Assembly (NCBI GenBank): GCA_040954595.2
Contig: CM082580.2
Span: 1,664,783-1,728,782, forward strand
Length of the DNA stretch: 64,000 nucleotides
Reading direction: 5' to 3'
Source of the DNA: Balanoglossus misakiensis
Taxonomy: Eukaryota > Animalia > Hemichordata
Positions 27,368 to 41,659 of the stretch are shown in pieces. Numbering within the stretch: position 1 is the stretch's first letter; each line of letters starts with the position of its first letter. Below the pieces are notes generated by a model, which worked only from the letters and a program-made list of their open reading frames with translations, was not told where the DNA came from and did no database searches. A program made the translations under genes and the position numbers.

Positions 27368-28113
27368 CAATTCAGTTCTAACAAATCTGAATCAAAGGAC
27401 ATGTGAAATTTGCCAAAAAATGTAACGTATTCTATACATATGGTGACTCGTATCAATAAAATGAATGTGTGCTTTAAATGAGTAGGCTAGAAATAGGAAA
27501 TCTTTGTCTTTAATTAGAGTTCAGAAAGTCCAATTTGGCTCCAATAAGGTTTAACTAATCACAATACACTTGAAAACTTGATTAGAAAAAGATTTTGGAA
27601 ATGTTAAATGAGATTTTTTAACAATCCATAATGAATCCAAAGTCGCATGACCACTAACAATATTATTGAAAAAAATTGGAAGGGACAGTAAATTAGAACT
27701 TGATTGGCCATGTAGTTTTGAAAAAATGTCAATTTTAAGAGGTTATCAGAAAATCCAATATGGCCAACATGAAGAAGACAATTAAAGGAACATGCAACAT
27801 TACAGGGGCCAAAGCAGTTAGCATGGTTCCAACAGAAAGCAAACTCTGTATCTGTTGTGGATGGCTAGAAATGGTAAGCCAGAGGTCACTATGTCTATGT
27901 ATAATTAACTTCTTAAAACATAGCGTATAGGAAACTGTTGTGCCATTTGGGGATTACACAGATTTTAGGTATTCACCAGAATTAAATCGCGGGCGACATT
28001 GGCAAGCATATATGGCAAAAATATTCAAATACTATGGAAACATAAAAAAATTCACCATGCTCAATCAAGTGTTATGTGTCACTGCAATCTTACAAGCAGC
28101 ACTAAAAAAAACA

Positions 28114-28385
28114 GATTTTTGTCCAAAAACTGTCTGTAAAATACATGCGAGTATGACAAGCTAATTAGTCCAATCAGACAGAGGCATTCACTGACCTACC
28201 ACCAGTTTATAATAAAATAACCGGTGGTCTCTGTAACAGCTGGACCACAACTGATTTTTGTCCAAAAACTGTCTGTAAAATATATGCGAGTATGACAAGC
28301 TAATTAGTCCAATCAGACAGAGGCATTCACTGACCTACCACCAGTTTATAATAAAATAGCCGGTGGTCTCTGTAACAGCTGGACC
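28114..28385. repeat. 139-bp direct tandem duplication
   Basis: GATTTTTGTCCAAAAACTGTCTGTAAAATA...CAGCTGGACC at 28114 and 28253, near-identical. Confidence 0.9.
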
Positions 28386-31300
28386 GGTAAAATTATATAA
28401 GGCTGTTTATTTTACTGATAAAAAATTTTATAGGTCTTTGTAGGTTATAATAAAGAAAATTATCAAAATCGGTTCACCAGTTTTCAAGGTACAAAAGCAT
28501 CAAAAAATACTGATATTCTCAAGTATCTTCAACATTTTTCAAAAAATTATGCACGATTCACAGAAGAATACTTCTTTCAGTTTTACAGGAGATCATCTAA
28601 ACTTGTAAAGAAAATCTCTCTATTTTTTGCATGGCACCATGGGAAATATGAAATTTTGCAATGTTTGATGTTCCGTGTCTCAATCATAGTTGATCTAATT
28701 GTAACGAAATTTTCAGAATATATTACAATATATGTGCAGATACAGATAGTGACTTCAGTTTTTGATATCTGGATTACAATTTAAATTCCCAGGCGCTCAA
28801 AAAAGGAAAAACCTAGCATTTTACCATTGCAAATGGGCGGCCATATTGGATTGATATTTCATTAGATGGCAATATCTGTTTATACACTGCAATTTGCTGA
28901 AAATCAGTTCAATCACTGTAGTGAGTGGAAATATTTAAATTCTTGTGTATTTTGAGCAATAATACTACTACCAAAAATATTTTATACAGTTACTTCTGGA
29001 CAGCAAAAATTGCCATCATTCAAGTCAAACTCTCAGATCGGCCCTTTTGCTTGCCTGTGTTGGGCAGATATCAAAAGTGGAGAAAGTTGGATAGTGTAAT
29101 GTCTACATGTATTTGTACTATCCTTGTAGTCTATTAACATTTACACGATTTTCATATTAATTTTGGTATGATATGCATGGAAAGACTGGCTGGCTATAAA
29201 TCATAAAACTGAACGTCCTTGCACCATACAGTTTTTACTGCATACACATGTAGTTTAAGCAAACTGTGTATTTCATGTATTCCACTTTTCTGCCTTCCTT
29301 GCTGGCTTTCTCCATTTATTTTCTTACTGTTTCTTTGTAACATTACTGATTTTTTTTTCTGGTAATTCAATTTCTGGCTGAAATAAATGTACTAGAGCTG
29401 GTAAGGTTTCCTGAACATTAATCCCTGTATCTTGAAGGCAGGTGTGCAAGTTCATATAAAGTTCATTGGTTAAAGGAATATTATGAGCTGATAAATCTTC
29501 TAAGCTCTTCTTTCTGGCTAGAAGGTCTGCTATATTATCGAATACTCTTTATGCTACTTCCATAATGTTGCCTGTGCAAATTAACAATCAAAATACCCAC
29601 TTGCTAGACAATTGTAAGACAAACATTTTTGTTGGGTAATTACAGAATAATTATTTTAATTCCATGCATACTCTACCTAAACACAAATTAGAATATATAA
29701 CTGAAATTATAATTATACACAGGTCTATGAAATGCAAAGAAAATGTATTTCTAGGAAAGAACACCCATGGGCATTCAGCTCTAAGCAGATAACATCAGTC
29801 ACTTTGAAGACATGTCACTTCCCAGACTTGACTAAACAAACTTCCAACCCTGAAGTGAAACGCATCTCCGAGTTGCATACACAATATGATCATATAATGT
29901 TAGATATTTATCATGGTTTAAGTGAAAACAAATTAGGAGATGTAAACACCCCTGCCATTTATTCAGTGCCATATAATGCTGCCATTATGCACATATTGAC
30001 TCTAGCCACTTTCCCAGTGGGAGGAAAAAGACTTTAATGGACACCAAGCGGGAAGAAACGAAAGTTACTAAGTTTTTGGCATTTCATTTTTATTTGTGAG
30101 ATCGAGAAATTAAAATATGACAAGTTTAGAAAATAATCAGATTACACAGTATGTCCCAGTTCGTATGGCGGCCATATTGGATTCTGAACTCTCTAGTGAT
30201 ATAAACATATAGTGTACTTGGCGAGTCTCAGTATAGGGAAATCAACACAATCAGACAAAACTTGGGTTACCCATTGCAATAATACTATCAAATTTCAAAG
30301 CAATCCCATATGCAGTTTCAGAAAAATCAGTATTTTCACCAAAATTGTACAATATCTTACGTCAATCGCTTCAGGGAACATGCCTACCAAAGCTCAAGGC
30401 AATCTGACAATCAGTTTGAAAGAAAATAATTTTTAATGAAAAATTCCAAAACTATCACACACAAAACGCAAATATGCATATTTCAAGTATTTTTCTAAAA
30501 CATCTCACTTAATTATTCCCAAGGAACAACCCTGCAAAATTTGAAAGCAATCTGACAAGCAGTTTTAGATAAAACAATTTTTGACCAAAAAAGACAAAAA
30601 ATTCTACAAAATTATAAATATGCACATTTTTCATCAACCAGGTTTTCATCAAATGGGACCATATATCCAAATGTATGCTTCAAAGCAACACGACTCTCAG
30701 AGAAAAAAATGCTTGTCACCCTGGTCAAAAATTTGGTTTTACTAAAACATCAAATCGGTTATCTCTCAAAGCTAAAAGGGTTATCACCAAACAGATTACA
30801 ATTTTCTTTACTTGTGGTGGTTTTGGTTTTATCGGTTTGCCCAATAAAAATTAGGATAATTGTTTAAGTATGCCAACAGTGAGGTGGAAATCACACCAGA
30901 AAAGCGAAAATACGCCAACAACATGTAAACAGTAAAATGTTACGAAAAAACAAACAGAAAAGCGAAAATACACCAACCACGTTTAAACCGTAAAATTAAA
31001 AAAAAATGCAAACACTGGCTCTACGTGCGCTTAGGCAAGAGGCCTAGCAATAAAATTCTCACAGAGTATAACCCTATAAATATGTCTAGACTTTCTCGAT
31101 TATGACCTCAGGGTCAGCAGCGAAGCCATACACAGAATGGCCGAGAGGCATGGCTAGCTGCACGCCCGTAGCTCGGATTTTTTTCTGGAATAAGACCTAC
31201 TTCTGTTCAACTACAAGGTGTTGAACGGATAGCTGCAAATCACCTAATACCAGACTAAACAATCGAGCGACGGTAACGTAGCTACATAGGCTATGGTACT

Positions 31301-34300
31301 AAAAGCAATGACTGGATTATGAGCCTACCGAAAAGACGTCTTGATCCTGCGGCAGTAAGAAGGAAAGTGGTCGAAACCCGGCGTCGCACACCGGAAACGG
31401 GTCAATGATCACCTGTTGTTATGGAGAGTGGGACTTGTTACCCAATCACAGACCATAGTTAGCATTACGACACACTAATGAATATGCATACATGCTATAG
31501 CTGCATATTTTATTATTTTAGAACGCACTGGAACATGCTCGCATTCGAAGGAATATTCCATTTGTATATGCAAATAGCAAACCTATGTTCTCGAGTGTGA
31601 GTGCACCATTGTCTCAGGGGGGTGGCTCACGTCCCAAAGAACAGGGGGTAATTTTCTACCACAGCCGCGCATTTCAAACCGAGCAAGCAAACTGCTAACT
31701 TCCGTTGTCTGGGCAACATTTTGATGTGCGTTAAGTTTTGCACCTATTCGACTTTGAGGAAACAGACCTATAATACTTCCTAATGTGGTTCTCTTTCTGG
31801 GTCATTTTGTTGGTCCAACCACGATCCACGAGATCGTAAACTGCTTGGATTAGGGCGCGTTAGGAAGCTGCAGCTGCGGCCGCAGGTCAAGTCGGTGTGT
31901 GTTGTATTTAACAAACATGGTGAATGTGTTCGGCACAGCAACATGCTCGCTCTACCCACAGCCACTGTACCGTACTGTCGATCGTTTCCATGTCTGTTTC
32001 ACGCTCGCTCTTTATAATGCCCTTATCACGCCTCCCGTATTGTGTTCATGATATGACAGTCCCACTAATCTGACAACACGCTCGCTTTTATTATGTCAAT
32101 TTGTCCCGTTCGCTAGCACTGCGTTCAGGCCTGCATTCACCATTAACAGACTATCCCATTCGCCAACTTTACTGAACTACAAAGTGAAGAACCAGTTTGC
32201 GTCTTGGCCGAAACAACCGGGGTCATGGAAATTAAAGGCCGAACCGAGAAGATTAAGTGCCATTCCCGAAGTAACGACCAACCAATGTTTACAGAGAAAT
32301 CAGATGACATCAAATAGCGGAGTTCTTATCCTGTCGGGATGCGTTTACCTCGGAATCGGCGAAGTTTTTTTGTCGTCGAGTTTGATTTCATGGACGATGC
32401 AGTCTAGTTATTTGATGATCCATAATTGATATTTTTTTTTGGGGGGGGGGTCCTGGTGTCGATAATTCGAGGCAGGAGAAGAAATGTGCCGACAGCGCAA
32501 ATTGCCGTTTTTCTCGCTCTGTTTAGTCGATTTTGACAACTTCAAAAGTATTAAACTTCACTCTGCGTTGGTCGAGAGGTCTTAAATTTTACCCATCCAA
32601 CAAAACAAACGTTTGTAGTCAATAAAGTGTTCTTGGCGGGAATTAAAATTGATTCAATGCAATTCAAGTTTGAATTTGATCAAATTTTCTAAATATAGAT
32701 AAATCGACAGGCCAACACTGTCCATGCACCAAAAAGAACAGCTGGTCGCGGAGATGAATTTTGTTTTTGTATATAACAAAATACCCTACAAAATATAAAA
32801 GTTCCGAATTACCTATAATTTGATTCCATTATAATTCCAATACTATTAACTCAATTTTAGAGTAATACACTGGGAACTATTATTTTTCAAAATTGGAAAA
32901 TATGCCCCCAAAATACAAGATATTGCCAACAAAAAGCATTGACACTTTCATCATTGGTTTTGTAAATTATCATGACAACGCACCCAGGAACCTTTAAATC
33001 AAATTTGAAAGCAATGGAGTAGAGGGTTCTGAGAAAGAGTTTTGACCAAAAATGGCAAAAATCACCCCAAAAATATAATATTAAATTCTTCTAGTTGATT
33101 TGACAAACATACATGCAAATTTCCAAAGCAATCTATGAGCTGTTTTACATTTAAAAAATGATCAAAAAGGTAAAAATTGCTCGCAAATTTTGCAGCAATT
33201 TAAACAAAACTTTAGTAACTCAGATCACCTATATGAAGCTCCATACTAAATTTCAAAGAGGTGGGCTGATTAATTCCAGAAAGGTAGTTTTTTACAAAAA
33301 TGTAGAAAAAGACAAACAAATGCGAAAAATAGAAAATTCAAAGTATTACCTCAAAACATACAGAATCATTATGACCAGGGGTTGCTGAGTTTCTGAGTTT
33401 TGACCAAATTAAGGTTTTTCCCAGAAAATTTGCATATTTTTGGCAATGTCAACTTCGTTTGAACAAACTCCCATCTACAACCCGGTATGCATCTACACAC
33501 CAAATATCGAGGTTGTACGCGTAGCAGTCTTCAAGTTTTTGATGTGGATGGACATACTCCCATACATCCATACAGATGCAACGTACCGATCTCATAAGGT
33601 CCCACTGGAATATACCAATACAAATGTGACATAAACACTTGACTTGCGGGCGCTGTTACTCCTCAATGAAAGCAGATAACGCGACACAAACTGGTCATTT
33701 TTTTCAAACTTGTGCTATAAGTAATATGTGTGACCAACTCTATGACTTAATTTTTTGTTAATGACCTAATACCAAACAAATAGATATGATCTAATTTAAA
33801 AAAACTGTCCCAAAACTGCCAAACACAAAAATGCAAACATCACCAAAATTATACAATATCTTACTTCGATGAGAACATGCTTACCAAAGTTCAAAGCAAT
33901 CTGACAAGTGGTTTCAACAAGAAAATCACAAGTTACCTCAAGAACACAAATAAGCAAATTTCAACAAAATTTTCAAACAACTTACAATTGCTTAACCCTG
34001 AGAACATGCCTACCAATTCCCAAAGCAATCTGACAAGCACGAGGTTTCAGAGAAAACGATTTTTGACCAAAAATTGCAAAATTTGGCTCATAATTACAAA
34101 TGTGCAAACTTTGCAACAATTACACCTATAGGAAGATTTATACTAAATGTTAAAGAAATCAGCCAATTACTTTCATAGAAAATATTTTACCATTGTGTTA
34201 AAAGACAAAACATTCATAAAAAGTAGACAATTCACGATGTTAGCTTAGAACTTATATAGCTCTATGATCTTGGCATAAGAAACATGCATACCACTTTTCA

Positions 34301-37300
34301 AAGCAATCTGACCAGTAGTTCCCAGCTAACAACTGAGAACAGAATAGCCAAAATCATCACCAGCGCCTAACACTACATTTGATTTTAATCAGATGAAAAA
34401 GGGAAGTAAGCAGACCATTTGTTGGAGCGGCTGATCCTCACCTGAAATCAAAGAGACAGACAAAAGCACTCATTTTATCAGAATATTTATTTTATGTATG
34501 CAAAAATCCTAACATGATATCTCTGTCTACTTGTTTATCCTGATAGGAAAATTGTTAGAATAAAAATATCAAAGATATTTCTTCCTAACGCTGCATACAC
34601 TATGTACATACTCTAGCAGTCTTGAAAGTACACTGAAATGTTTGTCAAAAGCTCTTCTTAAAAACTGCATAACATACCAAACTTTCAGTACAATATAAGC
34701 AATATCCGGAAAAAAATTAAACCAACTTAGCATCTTATGCAAAATGAAAGAAATTGAGGAATCGTGTCCCCCCTTCCCTTCAGCACTATACATGATTCTA
34801 CAGCCTCAAGGTGTCATTCTTCACACAAACATAAAATGAATGGCTGAAATTCTAGAAATGTAGAAACAATAACATGTGAATATTGTTATTAAAAATGTGA
34901 TTTTAATCGTTTGGCAACTATGGTCACTTCCTAATAATTGACTATATTTCTTAACATGCATCTAATAGTTTGATTCTACCATGCTTGTCACGGATTTTGC
35001 CGATCACCAAACACAAAACACAACAAAATGGTTTAACAGTTTCACAAGCCATATGCCTAAAACAGGGACATCATCAGTTCATATGTATGGCCAGTCTGGC
35101 TACAGAGGTGAACTGACTATGTATATGCATGGGATTCTTTTATATCCCTTTGGTCACGTGACCAGTTTATATATTTTCTGCTATTTCCCCAAGGGATTCA
35201 TAGTCGATTCTATTTTCTTATCACCTGACGGATTCTGGCGAATCATGACACAGTGTTAGCATGAGGTATGTTATAAATACAGATATTACATACATACCGG
35301 TATTCAAATGAACTAATGGTTCGGTCCAAATCCATTGTTTCTGTTGGAAAAGTTGGATGTCTACACAGGGAACTGGGGGTGAATGGTGAGAGTGCTAAGA
35401 AAAAAGGCTGATGGTAATTTTCCATTTGTATCTAACCTGTATACATGTGTGTGCTTAATCTTTCCCAATAATGCTGACACACAACAAGTTAATTGTTTTA
35501 CAAAACTCTCCTTGAGAGTCAAATGAAGGCACCTGATATAAGCCCAAAGACTTCATTCTTTTCCACACACCACTTTTCTCTTTTCAAAGAGCTCCATTTC
35601 AAATTGTGTACACAAACAATGTCATTGTCACTGCCCAAGCCCAAACTTTCAAATTACAATGTGACATTTCAAAACACTGTTAGACTTCCCAATGAAACAT
35701 TAACTCTGGATCGGTATCCATTCAAATTAGTGACAGCCCCGGGGTTAGATTGTTGTTAATTTTGTTATAATGGTGATATTTAATTGTTTGGCTTTAACAA
35801 AAATTATTACATGGACGTATAAACGTGTTATGTCCACACATATGCTGTGAGTTCAGCTTCAATCCAATTTCATAACAAATTATTCAACAACAAAAATAGA
35901 AAATGAACATCAAGAGCTAGTGACTTCGTGGCTTTCACATGATAAATATACATTGCCCCATGCTAGAGTGTAATATTAACATGTCTCATACAACCTACAA
36001 TTCTCTGTATATAACCAAACACATTCATTATAGCTGCATTAGTTGGGTCACATAATCTGGAACCAGATAGGCTGACCTGAGCAATCCATGTTTTTGCAAG
36101 TGTTGTATTGTCACTGTTATAGTGTGACTTCTTTGGTGTAATGCTCCAATGAACATGTGAGTTTCAATTGGATAGATAAATGACCAATAACACAAAGTCT
36201 GTGATTGGGTAATACAAATGATTGGTATACAACTGGAAGTTCTGACACTGAAAGAGCTGTCTATTGCTCTCTTCCCTGAGGGAGCGATAGAGAGTAACTT
36301 TAGAGATACATTCTCCAATGATCAGGAGTTAATAAGGTATTAGTCTAGTATATAGCTGTATTTTATCTGCTTTGCTTTCAAAAAACTATGCATGCCACTG
36401 GCCCAATAAAGCATGATACCCCTTGCAGGGAATCGTGATGTAATTAGCATTACTTTGAAGTCAATCACGGACTTTGTTTTTCCAATGATTGGTCAAAGGA
36501 TACATATGTGTGATTAAGGATTGGTACCATTTTAAATTTAAATTAGCCTTGCCTTTACTATAACCTTACACACAATCGCCATTGTTCAGTTTATGTCAGT
36601 GACTTTAAGGGGGATGGTAGTTACATCACAATTCCCAGCAAGAGCTATCAGGCTTTATTGGGCCAGTGGCATGCATCACTCTTGATGTTAGTTTTGGAAG
36701 TGGAAAAAATATGGCTATATACTGTAAAACATGAAATTTTCGCAACGGGAAATTTTCATAATATCAAATGTGGCAACTGTTATGCAACGATTAATTTTCG
36801 CATTCTCGAATTTCAATTCATCATTATTTCTGAAAAACATATTTACGCGACTTTTTAGTTTCGTGTTTTTTTAGCACTTGCATGATTCGGGCGAATTTAT
36901 CTCTCATGAAAATTTCCCATTTTACATACATCCTAAGTATCATTTTTTCACACCAGAAGACAATGCACAGTTGCTTTGTGTATGGCATACTTTGTATTAC
37001 AATAGACACTGACAACTAGTTACATCCTCCCAGCATACAAATATGGTTATATTGAAATAAGGCATTATGATGGAAACAATGTAAAGCTAATGCAAGAATT
37101 AGTACAGACCGAGTATATTATGTTACTACACTGGAATAACAATTTCGTGTTATTTGATCTGTTTAAATTTTTTTTTTTAAATCAAGGAACACTGAAGAAT
37201 GAGTGGAGGTGATAGCTTTGGAATGGATATGTCTGTATACAGTAAATGAGAGTGATAAATATTCCAAATCCCCAATACTTGACTGTCTGGAAAAAACCTT

Positions 37301-37415
37301 GAGAATTTTCTGACATTTCTTTGGGCATCTGGGTTTCATTTAGTATATAGAAGTTACAACGGTAATGAAGGCATGAACAGTCTCCTGTTCATTATAGTCA
37401 GTTTCCTGTAAGAAT

Positions 37416-37664
37416 TTATTGATTCGGAATATCAAAAAGACTCATGTCAACAGCCAGCAGATTACTACATGATTGTTGCAGTGTTTGTTGCATGCTGGGT
37501 GCCAAGTCCATCTGAGGTACCTGTGGTCGCGGCCGTGGCTGTTGTCCTAGTTACAGCTGTTGTTGTTGTTGTTGTGATAACTGTTGCTGTTGTTGTTGTT
37601 GTTGCCATGTTTGTTGTTGTGGTGGTGGAATGGTTGCTTTTGTTCCGCTGGCTTGTTGCTGCTG
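37416..37664 (-). pseudogene. MED25: MED25-like terminal Q/P-rich exon with internal stop
   Basis: ctgcag acceptor, phase 0. Reads QQQQASGTKATIPPPQQQTWQQQQQQQQLSQQQQQQL*LGQQPRPRPQVPQMDLAPSMQQTLQQSCSNLLAVDMSLFDIPNQ*. Assignment to MED25 rests on order, phase and composition. Confidence 0.65.
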
Positions 37665-39229
37665 CTGCAGTTAAATACAAACAAAACAGTTTTCTTTTAA
37701 AGTCACTTCACAGCAAATGGCAATGTATCAGGAGACACTTCTTTTTAATTTTCTTTACATTTGTCAATCAGACTGAAATTTAGGGCGGCATATAGTTAGT
37801 TACTGTACAATGGGAAATTGATTTAGGCTGTGTCTAAAATTGATGGTTAGTTTCAAGACCCCTGTTGACCTAATTAATTATGTACACTCCTAATTCTAGG
37901 CTAACCAATAGATCTAGAAGTTTAGATTTTGTAGGACATAGATCAGTTTAGGATCAAAACTTTTTGACAAAATTTTGGGTATCCACAGCAGATAATCCTT
38001 AGCATTCTGTAGGAACCCTGGGAATTGCTTGGGCCCAGTGAACACTGCTTGCAGCTTTAATTCACCATGTTCTCAGATGCAGACATTTTGAAGAGAATAT
38101 GATTTAAATTCTAAGCAGACTTTTGTTAAAGTGTAATGTTCATCTAACACACATTTGCCAAAGCAGAGACTCTAGTTACAAAATTGTTATCTATGCCACA
38201 AGTGCTGTCTTAACAACAGACAAGGTGGCGGCAACCATAGTCTGTGTCATAGATTAGGAAAAGACAGCAAATTGAGTGAAAAGAAGAGACAAAACTAAAT
38301 TCTTCTTATCTGGCATGCAAGAAATATAGAAGGAAGCGAAGGCAGTCCACTATATGAATGCACGCACATAAAATTGTGCAGAATATTTGGATTGGACGTT
38401 ATTTTGTACACACAAAATTAACGCATATGTGCATAAGAGTAAGATGATTGTCGTCATTTAAAACTGTCTGTCAGAGGTTATCATCAGTGCTTCCACACTG
38501 GTACCATGGAAAAACTAGAGGAATTGAAAATAAGAATGAGACAAGATTTGTTGTATTTCTTTGTCAGTAATTTAGGTCTGCTTTCCTTCCAGCTTTTCCC
38601 CCCACACTAAAACTGAACAGGTTGGACCAGTCACACCTCCCTTAATCCTATTGGTCCCAATGTTTATTTCATCAATATATCTATGGCATGCTGACTTGGA
38701 CAATAATTCTGACACAAAATTGATCATGAGTGTGAACTGATTGCATAAACATTTTTCGAAAGTACTTCCTGTAAAAAGGGAGGAGGCTCCACACACCAGA
38801 CTATTTTTGTTTATGTACATGACTTACACATGCGGGGGTTGTCAACTTGATGAAATAGCCATTCTCTAGATTTCCTATTGTTATAAGAGTGTACATAAAC
38901 ATGAAAAGTAAAATCATGAATATTAATAGATGTGGTGCGTATGGCCGATTTGAGGCAAATCAGCCATACCCACCACGTCTAAATCTGTGTGGGGAAAAGT
39001 TGTCATGTTGGGCAAATAGTTCATTGAATTTATTCTGTGTGACTGTCAGGTCTTCAATACATTAAAATCATTTTGGGAATGGCACAGACCATGTTATTTG
39101 TACCATCAAGAAAGCTCCTTTTTGAGAAAACTGATTTCATTTTTCCCCACATAACAATTCCCAGAAGTGCCACTGGTACCAGTCTTGGTTTTCAAAATAT
39201 TCACTGTACACATTATTATGACAACTTAC

Positions 39230-39481
39230 TTGTAAGAGGTGTTTTAGTTGTTGATTTGTTGATTGTATATTGGATGGCTGTGCTTGCACTGCTTGTTGTT
39301 GTTGTTGTTGTTATTGTTGGGCTCTCTCTTGTTGTAACCTTTGTAATTGCTGTTGTTGTTGATGTTGTTGTCTTAGAGCTATGAGTTGACTTTGTCTGGC
39401 ATGTTGATCTTGCTGTTGTTTCAATTCAAGTTCTTTTTTCTGTGCCATCTCTAGATTCTTCTGCAGTGCTTGAATATTCCT
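39230..39481 (-). pseudogene. MED25: MED25-like Q-rich coiled-coil/NR-box exon with internal stop
   Basis: tttcag acceptor, gtaagt donor, 252 nt, phase 0-0. RNIQALQKNLEMAQKKELELKQQ...AQQ*QQQQQQAVQAQPSNIQSTNQQLKHLLQ. LKHLL is an LxxLL motif as in the MED25 C-terminus. Confidence 0.72.
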
Positions 39482-40595
39482 CTGAAAGATCAAACAAAGA
39501 AAAGTGTAAACATTCAAACATTGTCATCTGTGTCAATCTACCTACATGTAACATGACTACAGGAGCTTCAGCCAAGCCAAGCTTTTCACTTGGGAGATTA
39601 TTGAAATCAATTTAAAACTCAGCAACTCCAACTTCGGGTTATTTTCTCAATACTTTTGTTTTGGCGGTCACCTTTCATTGAACAATGAATGGGCAAGTGC
39701 TCGCTCACTTCTTCACTGAATTTCACTGTTTGTTTATCTTATCATAAAAAAACTTGGGCATCGCAGTCCTTTGGACAAAAATATTCATGTGTGGTGATTT
39801 AAAATCAATGTTGCAAGAAGAAGAATTAATCACAGGATTAACGGTTTCTGATTGAAAAATACTAAATGCTTAATATGCCATATGCCGTACACAGAGTGAT
39901 CACATTAGTCAATAGGACAGCTGTTCCAAAGGACTAAAATGATGGCAACGTTTTAATATTATATTTATTTTACAAAACCTTGCATCTGAGCTTTACTTTA
40001 AAGTACTTCCATTTACTAGTAGTACAAGTGCACATCAGTTAACATTGACAGCTAGGCATGACGTCATAGATGTAGGACTTCAAAATGGACATTCTGAACA
40101 GTGGGGGCGCTCTATCATGGTGGATTTTAATGAACATGTGTATTTAATTTCATCACTCACATTTGTCCATGGAAACTGTATTTTAACATACGCTTATAGT
40201 TAAGGCATTTGCAGTATCTAGTCATATTACAGTAATACACCAGACATGTTCTTAACTCAACTAAATGTGTGTAAGTTCAATTTCTGACCTCACTCAGATT
40301 ACCCAAGTCCATGTGACAAACTCTACTGCAAGTATACAGACTTGAACTCCGGAAAAACTAGTCACCTACAATACTTGAAATGGAGCCACATCCAAAACTT
40401 GACTTTGAGATCTTTTATCAAATCAGTTTTCCTTTTAGAATTAGAACTCCCATGCAATTTTTGTGACAGAGGAAATAAATAGATTCTCAGAAAAAAACAG
40501 TTTCCTCTTTAAAGATCCAACCTTACCATAGAAAATAAAAGGTTTAGACTGAACCATAGTGGTGAAAGGGTTAAGCCAGAGCATGTATCAAAATA

Positions 40596-40765
40596 CAGTA
40601 AAACCTGTCTCAACCGAACCCTGTCTAATCTGGAAACCTGTATATTTCAAAGACATTGTTCAAACCTTTTGACATAGAACCACATGTTGAAAGAACCTCT
40701 TTAAATTGTACACCTGCAATCTGAACAATTTCTTCAGTCCCTTTGGTGTTAGACAGGTTTGACTG
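40596..40765. mobile_element. Tc1/pogo (Tigger-like) MITE
   Basis: TA|CAGTAAAACCTGTCT ... AGACAGGTTTGACTG|TA. Confidence 0.8.
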
Positions 40766-41223
40766 TACTTGAAAGTGCAATTGAACAAAAATGCTAAAAA
40801 ATATAATTGCAGAGAGTCAGTATTTTAGGCTGGGCATCATCTACATAGTTCCCAGAGTCAATACTGTCACAGTAGTCCATTTCTCTATGTACCAAATTTT
40901 AATAAAACATTGCTATGCAGTCATGTTACCCTTCCAAGATGCAAACATGAGGCCAGTTGGTCACAAAGTAAAAACTTGATTGTCTTGTGTATCAACACTA
41001 TAGTTGGGACTTATGTTCGACAGCCACATTTTATTGTAAGGTCAGTTTTACACGCAACTTGTATCATGTATACAACAAACTAGATGAGCTCGAGCAGTAC
41101 TCTACTGACCGCCTTTTTCACATTGTCTGCATTGAGATGACACTTTATTTTGGAAGGCTGCCCTCTTTATGAAAAATGTCATGATTGTGTTACACGTAAA
41201 AAAGACAGAAATCAACACAACAG

Positions 41224-41408
41224 CAGTCAAACCTGCTCATTATGGCTAGTGAAGGGACTTTTCTAAACTGGCCTTTATAGATAAGTGGCCATTATACCTT
41301 GTAGAAAGTCAATTAATGTAGATGTAAATTGCACAGGGACTAGAATAAAGTGGCCACTATATAGAGGTGGCTGCCTAATAGAGGTGGCCACTCAAACAGG
41401 TTTGACTG
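41224..41408. mobile_element. Tc1/pogo (Tigger-like) MITE
   Basis: CAGTCAAACCTG ... CAGGTTTGACTG|TA. Internal sequence matches the 57934-58266 copy in the opposite orientation. Confidence 0.8.
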
Positions 41409-41549
41409 TATGTTGATTTGTGTCATGAATAGCCGACATTTACCAATGACTGATTGTACAATATATGATTTCAGTGTCACATATACATGTATAAGACACT
41501 AAGTACAAACCCATACATCTTACTTTCTCTCCAAATTGTAGATACTCAC

Positions 41550-41659
41550 CAACGCATGTATGTTGAATCCTGGTCTGCAACCACACTGGTAACTGGTTGG
41601 TGTGTTGTAACATACTCGTTGGCATGGTGACCAACCAGCTTGATCGCACTCATTGTCAT
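41550..41659 (-). pseudogene. Calcium-binding EGF exon 4 (frameshifting deletion)
   Basis: ctgcag/gtgagt boundaries. Phase-1 reading DDNECDQAGWSPCQRVCYNTPTSYQCGCRPGFNI; the expected terminal TCVG is in another frame; 110 nt. Confidence 0.88.

Larger units (their letters stand above)
10440..27890. repeat. ~0.9-kb macrosatellite array with nested amplifications
   Basis: Anchor CAGAAAATCCAATT(T/A)GGC recurs at ~11591, 12483, 15619, 16647, 17551, 22495, 23525, 24881, 25785, 27521. Uninterrupted spacings are ~890-905 bp. Each unit carries AATCCAATATGGCC(G/A)CCATGAAGAAGAC. The left edge is degenerate and approximate. Confidence 0.9.

Noticed and set aside
34416-34441. Possible micro-exon (EDQPLQQM) after a good acceptor on the minus strand
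   Set aside because: Weak donor, downstream of the inferred MED25 stop, too short to support.
37465-39384. Val-rich 'transmembrane' ORFs (37469..37783, 39073..39384) and a Thr-rich ORF (37465..37680)
   Set aside because: Antisense or alternative frames of the poly-Gln exons.
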